A stretch of 64,000 nt of DNA from positions 224,001 through 288,000 of the forward strand of contig CAVVMW010000005.1 in NCBI GenBank assembly GCA_963749495.1. The letters run 5' to 3'. Source of the DNA: an uncultured bacterium. Its GTDB lineage: Bacteria; Verrucomicrobiota; Verrucomicrobiia; Limisphaerales; UBA8199. A model generated the notes under the pieces. That model worked only from the letters and a program-made list of their open reading frames with translations, did not search any database and was not told the DNA's origin. Shown piece after piece: positions 56,044 to 64,000 of this stretch. Position 1 is the stretch's first letter; the number at the start of each line of letters is the position of its first letter. Made by a program: the position numbers and the translations under genes.

Positions 56044-56117
56044 AGAGGCTTCTCAGACGCGCTCTTAGCTTTTCTTGCCATGCAGCAGGTTTAACGTCTG
56101 ATTTTTATAGACTCGAA

Positions 56118-56867
56118 TCACGGACCCCAGTAGCGGATTAAACAGTTACCCGGAAGAGCGCCGCTCGCAGAATAAAGTCTGCGGGCAAGCTCAAAATCCC
56201 GAAAGCTCAAGGGCTTTTTCTCCGGGTACACCGGCCAGTTTTTGCGCCACGCCAGCCGGATAAAACGGGCGAAACGCCGTGTGTCTTGCTCGTGCAACAC
56301 GCTGTGTCCGTCGCGAACGGCTTCGAGGGTCTGCCAGTCGAAAATGGGTCAACACCGGCCAAAACGCTTTTTCAAATCTGGTACGCGCCGCCGCTCGTTT
56401 GACGGCAATAACATGTCAAAGCGGGCGAAGAAATCTGGTGCAGGTTCACCCTGGAGGGTGAGCACACACCAGAGAGTATGGTCGTCGAGAGCCCCATGAA
56501 CAAATGCTCGGAGGGCACAGGCCATCAGTGCGTCACAATCTCCTTCGAGTCGCTCGGCATTCAAGTCCACCTTTACGAAGGACTGGCGTCGCAACTGGTA
56601 GCTGAGTAGAAGCAGACAGAAATACTGCGGTGACATGTGGGGAATCGTTTCACGGATTGGCTGTCGCAGGATGGAAGCGATTTCCTCGGGCTCAGGCTCC
56701 TCCGGCAGTTCTGGACGGTCAAGGCCGAAGGCAAGATACCCTCCGATCTCCTTCCATTGACTGGGGCGTCCCCAACCGAACTTTGCGAGGAACTGGTTCC
56801 ACGTCAGGCGTACGACGCGTTCAGCAGCTTTGCGATTGAGGGCGTAGTAGTAGTGGGTGTTGCTCAT
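56118..56867 (-). CDS. Hypothetical protein within the defence operon, interrupted by an in-frame TGA at 56349-56351
   Basis: ATGA overlap with the helicase stop; the same frame continues PIFDWQTLEAVRDG...RYWGP* after the TGA. Confidence 0.6.
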
Positions 56868-59800
56868 GGGGTTCCGTAGCGGAGCGCGTCTTCTTTGAGT
56901 TGCAGGGGCTGCGCCAGCGCGTTCACGTCCAACCGGTAGTGCTCGATTTTTTTCACCTCGTGCCACGGGAACCGGGCGGGGTCTTTGATCGGTTCTTCCA
57001 GCTTCGGCGTCGTGTCGCAGTGAGTGACGATGTAGAGCCAGTAAAGGTCGCGCCGATCTTCCGCGATCCGCTTTTCGTTTGGCGACAGGAAAATGGTGCC
57101 GGTCGCCGCGCCGATGCCCTTGACTTCTATCAGCCGCAGCTCGCCGGTCATTGGGTGCAGGCTGCGCAAGTCAAAGCCGAGATTCTGATCCTGGACATCC
57201 TCGATTTTGCAGCCGCGCGCCTTCTCGAAGGCGATGACCGCCTCGACGGCCTTCCTCTCCGTCTCCGGGTCGGTCTTCAGATTCGTGTGCGCCGGGACAT
57301 TGCGCTCCGGGTGGGGCATCACGACGGCGAGGCCAATGCGCTCGACCCCCTGGAGCGACAGGCTGCGTTGACGGGCCAGTTCGGTCAGCCGCAGGTCGCG
57401 GCGACGCTGGAGTTCGCGGAGCTTTTGCGCCTCGGACTCAGCCAGACCAACGGCGCTCGGATCACCCTGATCCTGGGCGACCAGATGTTTGCTGAGCACG
57501 GCGTCGCGTTTCTTGATGAGTTCCTCGAAACAGGCTCGGACGCTGGCTTCGATGAGGTCAAGCTCGTGCTGGCGCTCGGCGGCGATCTCGGCCCGGAAGG
57601 GCTGGAGGGCCTTCTCGAACAGGAATGTCTGGGTGCGCGAGTCGTCTGTGGCATGGGCATCTTGCCCATCACCCCCACGGGCGGGACGCCCGTGCCACGG
57701 GTCAGGCACCACCTGAGGCTGCTTTTCAGGAATGATGAGGTCGAGCAGATAGGTCGGCTCACGCAGGCGGCGCGTGCCACCTGCCTCGGTCTCCACGAGA
57801 AACAGGCGGCGGTGAAGGACATTGCTCATGCCGTCAGCGACCCCGGCGATGAACAGCTCCAGAAGAGCGGGCTGCTCGCGCTCCAACTCGTAGAACACCG
57901 CTCCCTGGCGAAGCTGTGGCTGCGTCTGCTCCCACACCTGGCGGCGGACGGCCTCGAACAGCGGGTGCCCCGGCGTCACCCATTCGAGCCGGACATCGGT
58001 TTCCAGCGTGCTGCGGTCGAAGCAAATCCGGTCGTAGCTCTTGGCGAGCCGGGGCAGTCTCCAGTCCTTGGCCCGCGCCTGGTCGTAGAGCGCGACGGGG
58101 AGCTTTCCCACCGCGAAGGCTCGCATTGTGGCTTGGGCATCCTGCCCAAGCCTCACGGGCGGGACGCCCGTGCCACGAGGGCCCGCAGTGGCTTGGCCAT
58201 CTTGGCCAAGTCGCTTGTCAGGCTCAGCACCAGGCGGGAATAACCGCGGCAAGAGCCCCGCGGCGCGGCCCAGCCAGCTCCAATTGCTCAACCCGGCTTT
58301 GCTTGGGTTTTCCAGCACGTAGCGAACCTGACGCTCGAAATCGGACTCGTTCCGCACGAGGTGATCGTAATACTCGTCCTGCCAAAACTCGCCGGACCTG
58401 CCGAGAATGCGGTTGGCTTCCTTGGAGGTATAGGATTTCCAGGAGTGCAGCAACTGCGGCAGGGTCCAACCGGCAAACGGTCGAAAGACGACGTGCGCGT
58501 GATTGGGCATGAGGCACCAGGCAAACAGTTCGTAACGTTGCCCGTCAAAAAAGCGCAGGGCGTTGACCACGAGTTCGGCCACTCGTTCATTGCGGAGGAG
58601 ACAAGAACCGTGGCCACCGTCAAGCCACTGCTCCACCTTCTCGGAGTGCAGTTGATCCAACCGCTCGCGCTCATGATCGGTCAAGTCGCGCCCCATTTGG
58701 CGAGCGGTTTTGACTATGCCCTCTCGCTCAGCCAACCACCCTTGCAGCAAGTCAGCAGGCAGAGCGTCGAACAGGCGGAAGTTCACGGCATAGGTTGCGT
58801 TTTCCTGCGTCCAGTGCGGAAGGTAAGCCCCTTGCCGGCGCTGGATGGGCTGGAAGGGATTCCTGCCGTGGCTGGCCTGGTTTTCCGGGTTCACGGGCGG
58901 GACGCCCGTGCCACGAAGGGGGGTCAGCGGCAGCCCTGCTTCTTTGGCCCCAAGCTCGAAGAAACGGGCGACCGTCTCCGGCACAATCCGGCGCTCCTGG
59001 GCCAGGGCACGGCGCTCGACCAGCATGGGCAGGTTCAGGTTTTTCTTCGCCAACCCTTCAAGGGCCGACTGGCAGATGCGCCGGAAATCCTCCTCGCGCA
59101 CTTCGACTTCGAGCCGGGCTTCGAGGTCATCGGCGCTGAGCTTGCCCGCGTAGAAGTCGCGCAGGAGACGCTCGATCTGGTTCGACGGCAGGACTTCGCC
59201 GACCACATTGAACACGGCGTCGTCATCCAGGGCGTCACGAATCTGCTGGAGTTTCTCCACGAGCTTCTGGAGCACGCGGCCCTCGACGGTGTTCTGCGCG
59301 AAGAAATTGAAGATCAGGCAATCCTCCGTCTGACCGTAGCGATGGATGCGGCCCATGCGCTGCTCCAGCCGGTTCGGATTCCATGGGATGTCATAGTTGA
59401 ACAGGACATGGCAGCAATGCAGGTTGATGCCCTCGCCTGCGGCCTCGGTCGCAACCAGCACCTGTGTCTTCAAATCCCAGAAATTCCGCTCCGCCCACAG
59501 CCGCGTGCCTTCCTCATCCCGCCTGCCCGGCTTCATGCTGCCGTGGATTCGGCCCACGGTCAGGTTCCACGACTTAAACTTGGCGACCAGGTAATCGAGC
59601 GTGTCTTTGTATTCGGTGAAAATCAGCAACCGCAGATTGGGGTCAGCGAAGATGCCCTGGTCGGTCAATTGCGCTTTGAGCCGACTCAACTTGATCTCAA
59701 GCCCGCCGTCCTCGACGCGCTGGGCGTGGTCAATCAGCCCGGCGATCTCTTTCAGCTCAGCTTCCAGGTCGGGTTTCCGGCGCGCCAGCGTGGCGCGTTC

Positions 59801-61139
59801 AAGTTCGTGCTCCCTGACCTCGCGCTCGGCGTCGTCCATTTCGTCCCATTCTTCCTCGGAGGGGATGTCGGGCATGGGGATGTCGCCGAGCCGGTTGGCG
59901 GTTTCAAGAAGCTGCTTGAGGGCTTTCTGGCGGCGGAGCAGGGACTGCTTGAGCGAGTGCGTGGAGCTGGCCATACGGCGCTGATACATGGCCATGATGA
60001 AGCCGACCGCGCGGGCGCGGCGCTCGTCGCCGGACTCGGCGGCACGGGTGGACTGGCGCTGAACGTAATGCGTGACCGCCTGGTAAAGCGCCATCTCCTC
60101 GCCTTCGAGCGTGAATGGGACAGTCTTGGTAATGCGCGCTTTGAACAGTTTGACGGCCTTCCAGGTGCCGTCCGGCTGAGGCTTGGGGAAGTTGAGCATG
60201 ACTTCCTTGGTGCGCCGGAGGTAACAGGCGGCTTCGCGGCGCTCCATCGCGTCGTGAATGGACTTCACGTCGGCGTAGGCTTCCTGGTCGAGCAACTGGA
60301 GGAACAGGCTGAAGTTGGTGGGGTCGCCCTTGTGGGGCGTGGCCGTCAACAAAAGGAAGTGCGCCGTCTTCTCGCGGAGCAGGCTCACCGAGCTGATACC
60401 GCTCGCTCTTGTGCTCGGTGTCCCGCGCCGACATGCGGTGGGCCTCGTCCACGATTATCAAATCCCAGTCGTCGGCCTGGCGGACGCTCGGCAGGATTTC
60501 ATCCCTCTTGGCCAGGTCCATCGACGTAATTGTCTGCGGCTTGTCGTTCCAGAGGTTGACGCCGTATTGGATGCGCAGGTCGCCGCCCCGGAGGATGTGG
60601 AACTGCTCCTGAAACCGGTCGGCCATTTCGCGCTGCCACTGGAAGGCGAGGTTGGCCGGGCAGAGGATGAGCACGCGCTCGACGAGGCCGCGCAGTTTCA
60701 GCTCCTTGAGCAACAGCCCCGCCATGATGGTCTTCCCGGCACCGGCGTCGTCGGCCAGCAGGAAGCGGCAGCGGGCGGACTTTAGAAGGTGATTGTAAAC
60801 AGCGTCGAGCTGATGCGGCAGAGGATCGACCCGCGAGATGGAAAGGCCGAAGTAGGGGTCGTATTCCTGGGCCAGGGAGATGCGGATGGCTTCGAGGCCG
60901 AGTTTGAACAGGCGCGGCTTGCCCTGGAAGACGGCCTCCTTGCGCTCGATTTGGATGGAGGCCAAGTCCTGGTTCGACAGGGTGACGCCCCCCCGGAATG
61001 TGTTGGTGCGCGTGCCGACCAGGTTGACCAGGACGAAACCGTCACCGGTGGTGGGGGTGCCGATGACGCGCATCGGTTCGCTGAACTGCGAGCCAGCCAG
61101 GACTACGCCATCGATGATGTCGGTGACAGCGAGGCTCAT
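56864..61139 (-). CDS. SNF2-family helicase with C-terminal DUF3883 nuclease-like domain and an in-frame RAYT insertion (frameshift near 60390)
   Basis: LLADDAGAGKT, IVDEAH, TATPH, TEAAGEGINL, EQRMGRIHRYGQ; GFDLRS..IEVKG at the C-terminus. Confidence 0.92.
57648..57698. repeat. REP family A doublet, in frame inside the helicase
   Basis: gtggcatgggcatcttgcccat...cacgggcgggacgcccgtgccac; translated WHGRPAR..GQDAHAT. Confidence 0.9.
58128..58914 (-). mobile_element. REP-associated tyrosine transposase (RAYT, IS200-like HUH Y1) flanked by family A REPs
   Basis: YLPHW, VNFRL, WCLMPNHAH (HUH, 58493-58510), HSWKSYT, FWQDEYYDHLVRN, YVLENP; REPs at 58128-58176, 58188-58210 and 58892-58914. Confidence 0.93.
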
Positions 61140-61639
61140 GCCAGGGCCTCCACGCCAAAGGGGAACACGATTCCTGCGGCCTTCCCCAGAACCACCTTCC
61201 GGGCCATGTTCCCGCCGCTGCTGCCCGCCTCGAAGCACAAATTCCTGCGCAGGTCACCCAGGGTGCCTGGCCTGCTGGACGCCCTCGCCGCCGATACGTG
61301 GACGGTTTTCATCCGGGTTCAGAAGAATCAGCCTTCCATTCTGGCAAAAACGCTCGGCCCCTACAATCCAAATCCGGGGAAAATGGGCGCTGCGGGCGCT
61401 GCCCCTGCCAAGCCAGTTGTTGCACGTGCAGAATGGCTCGCCGGTCTCGGAACGGTCGCGGGCGACCAAGCCCGGACAGAGGGTGCCGCCGTACGAGACT
61501 AGGTACAAGGCCGGCCTCGGTTGCCAGCGTAGCCGCCCAACTTGATGCGGCGCCTCACGGGGACGGGGTCTAGAACAAAGTCTTTCCACGGTTCTCCGCC
61601 GCTGCGGCCGGCGCAGGGTTCACCCTCCCCACTTCTGCC

Positions 61640-61760
61640 GGACACCGGTCTCTTTCCCCCTCGGCTTCAGCCCCTCCAGCTCGGATGCCTGGATATGCCG
61701 CCGAAAAGCCCCCGCGAAATCCTCCTTCGAGTACCCCCCGGCCCACCGCCGCCTCCATCC
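61640..61760 (-). pseudogene. Fragment resembling the C-terminus of a DUF3631 primase-associated protein
   Basis: AGGYSKEDFAGAFRRHIQASELEGLK resembles the KGY...F..AF.RY motif. Confidence 0.4.
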
Positions 61761-61972
61761 GAGGCTCGGTTTTACCGAGCTGGTATCGACTTCCACGGTG
61801 TCAAACAAAAACCATGCCCGCAAAAATCCCCCCATTTTACCGGCGCTGTAGCGCCTTGTTGACGGTCGTGTTGCGGGTCCGACCTCAAAAATCCCCCGGT
61901 TTCATGCGCCGTGTAGCGCTGTAGCAGGTCCATACCTCCTGCCCCGGAGACCACCCGGTCAGGAGAACACCC

Positions 61973-62020
61973 GAGGGACGAGGGGCGAGGGGCGAGGGCC
62001 GAGGGTCGAGGGTCGAGGGG
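61973..62020. repeat. Heptamer tandem repeat (GAGGGNC)n
   Basis: gagggac gaggggc gaggggc gagggcc gagggtc gagggtc. Confidence 0.8.
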
Positions 62021-62023
62021 AAC

Positions 62024-62305
62024 GTGAGCGAGCAGGTGGAACTGGGTTCAACCGTCGAGAAGGATGGGAACGGCAAACTCAAGTCCGCCAACTACGAGAT
62101 TTCCGTGCCGTTGTCCGTCCTCGGCCTGACGCCCGCCCCTGGGTTGGCTTTGCGCGGCGATATTGGCATTCTGCGCGGAAACGGCTTTCAGACCACCCAG
62201 CGCGTCTATTGGTCCAACAAGGCCACCGGCATCACCGCCGATGTTCCCAGCGAAGCCGAGCTGACGCCGCAGTTGTGGGGCCGTTGGGAGTTTACGTCCC
62301 CATAG
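62024..62305 (+). pseudogene. C-terminal fragment of a large secreted sugar-binding (CBM9-like) protein
   Basis: YEISVPLSVLGL...RGDIGILRG..RVYWSNK..DVPSEAELTPQLWG; no credible 5' part. Confidence 0.55.
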
Positions 62306-62589
62306 GCGTGTGCGCCTGGACGCCTGGATACTTGGTGTTGCCGATCCATCCTAAACCCACTGCACCCGTTGCCTGACAAGGATGGTCTCGAAGAACTCCA
62401 CGTGCAGCCGGGCTTGGCCGCTCCGATCTCGGTGCCCGTTGGCCCGGCGGGCACGACCAACGATTCAACGTCGTGCGGATGGCTGGCTCCGGAGCGGTTC
62501 ACTGCTACAGACATGGAAGTGGAGGTGTTTTGAAGCGAGATTTCACCGCTTGGCCAGCGCGGCCTTCTTGTGTTACAAGCTCTGGCCAG

Positions 62590-62890
62590 ATGACAAAGCG
62601 ATGCACCCGGCGATGGTGGCTTAAGAATATGGTGGCTGGCGCGGGCCTTATTGGGGCCTCGCGCCTGTTTCCGGCCCCGTTCGTCCTGGCCGATCCTTCA
62701 CATGGGACTTCCACGAGGGATGGGACGGCGGCACACTCTACATCGGGACCAAGGGCGTGATGCACACCGGTTGTTACGGCCAAAGACCGCGCCTTTGGCC
62801 CGAGGAGGCGCACCGGGCGTTTCCCGTGCCGGAACCACGCATCCCCCGGATCAAAGGCTCGCATTTCGATCACTTCATCCAAAGTGTAGG
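62590..62890 (+). pseudogene. Remnant of a Tat-exported Gfo/Idh/MocA-like oxidoreductase
   Basis: [21 protein letters not shown] leader joined to [30 protein letters not shown]. Confidence 0.45.
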
Positions 62891-62954
62891 GTTCGGGCAA
62901 ACGGATGGCCAGGCCGGTTTGCATCAGCTCGGCCCCTCTGCGAAGTCCTGGAGA

Positions 62955-63174
62955 AATGGAGCCGTCTTCGCACCCCACGGTGACTGGCCCCCAGTGGGTG
63001 TAGGTGCCAAACTTCGCGTCGCGGAACCACTCCGGGTCCTGGTGTGCGTGGAGCGACGGCCAGTCTGGTTTGAAAGGGCCTTCAGCAGTCTGCCCGCCGG
63101 CTTTCGGCGGCTCCGCTGCCGACACCGTTAGCATGGCCGACAGCAACCCTGCCAATACCAAGAGCGGGTCCATT
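62955..63174 (-). pseudogene. N-terminal fragment of GH29 alpha-L-fucosidase
   Basis: Signal peptide plus [25 protein letters not shown], then loss of similarity. Confidence 0.75.
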
Positions 63175-63260
63175 CCTGAATTGATGTTCCGATCGAGAAT
63201 GTCTTCAAGGGCGTTCATGCGTTCATGTCAGCGGGGTTGAATAGGCTTGGTGTTGGACTG

Positions 63261-63787
63261 GTCGAGTGGAGTGGAGGCGCGACCGGTTTAGACCAATGGC
63301 TTCCTCTGTCTCTGCCCTTTCGGGCATCGTGGCAAATGGCCATCAGGTCCTGCCCACGTTTCCCCCACCCCCTCTTGTCATCCCGTACGGCGAGTTTTCC
63401 GGTACGGTTGGAAGCCAGCCTTGTCGCTCCGCGCCCTTCCGCAGCCGTCCCCGGCGGCGTTTGACGCGGAGCCTGCGTTCCTTTCCGTGTCTGGCTCAGA
63501 GTCCAGAGGTATCGGTTCGCGGCTGTGCCCACAGGCCCTTGGCTCAGCACGGTTTGTTATCCCCGCGCCTGCAAACGTTACTACGGCCTGATGCGCCAGT
63601 CTGACGAACTCCGTCCAGCCTGGGCCTGTTCGGCTTGCTGTGGGCGGTCTTTGCCCTCGCGGGCCGTTCGCCTCACCTTCCCTTCTTTGCTTGAGCATAC
63701 TGTTAGCCGCTATCACTACTCGGCCCAACCACCCATTGCCGAGGCAGGACTTTCACCTGCGAGCATGGCCAAGGTTGAAGGCTGCAC
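63261..63787 (-). ncRNA. ORF-less group II intron-like RNA (~527 nt)
   Basis: 5' GTGCAG, early gcaggtgaaagtcctgc hairpin, domain V-like ccgtac-cggaaaactcgc-cgtacgg at 63381-63410, followed by gaggggg..ggaaac and a 3' end ctcgac; no RT ORF. Confidence 0.75.
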
Positions 63788-64000
63788 ATAGGAATTTGCT
63801 TCTTGCGCGCCCGCCTGTACTCAGCGCTGCGCGGGTGGGTCCATTCATACGATCCAGATAGAGATATCCGGGGGCATAGCACCAGACGCGCGTGACGCCG
63901 GGGCCGCGCTGTACGGCCAGGGCGGCGCGCTTCGCCGGGGAAAGGGCCCAGGCCGAGAGGAAGACCTGCAGCTTCGCGGGGACGCGGCCGACGAGGACGT

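Noticed and set aside
58128..58914. Intein in the helicase
   Set aside because: No Cys/Ser start, His-Asn end, Hint or LAGLIDADG motifs; the insert is an HUH Y1 transposase domain.
61136..61312. 58-aa ORF overlapping the helicase start as a regulator
   Set aside because: No HTH or other motif, and it is below a length I can support.
63261..63787. Retron, DGR or RT-associated system
   Set aside because: No reverse transcriptase ORF is present in the window.

Overview
High-GC bacterial DNA, most likely from a PVC-superphylum organism such as Verrucomicrobiota. This is inferred from the gene and repeat families, not from a database search. Many single-base frameshifts fall even in essential genes (ligA, ispH), so most are probably long-read sequencing errors. 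The left part (1-35.7 kb) is mostly core genome: a decayed SIR2/Smr/GIY-YIG trio, LysE, an 8-gene ABC/SPFH(HflK/C)/P1B-ATPase operon, an orphan Panacea/SocA antitoxin, PAP2, ligA, an ECF sigma cassette, SirB1, a GmhA-like SIS protein, YtrA-ABC, NfeD-flotillin, carbonic anhydrase, ispH and tRNA-Pro(TGG). REP-like palindromes and 7-bp tandem repeats are scattered through it. The right part (35.7-64 kb) looks like an accessory island with MlrC, GH3 and many glycoside-hydrolase fragments, a two-ORF DDE IS with a -1 slippery site, and a minus-strand defence operon: SNF2 helicase-DUF3883, unknown ORF, DUF1156 adenine methylase, DUF499 ATPase, and a coupled TIR/NDT-like + Sll1717-type ATPase. The most striking observation is an intact-looking REP-associated HUH tyrosine transposase (RAYT), flanked by its own REPs, inserted in frame inside the defence helicase. 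The same REP doublets sit in frame inside three genes of that operon. A ~527-nt ORF-less group II intron-like RNA lies near the right end.
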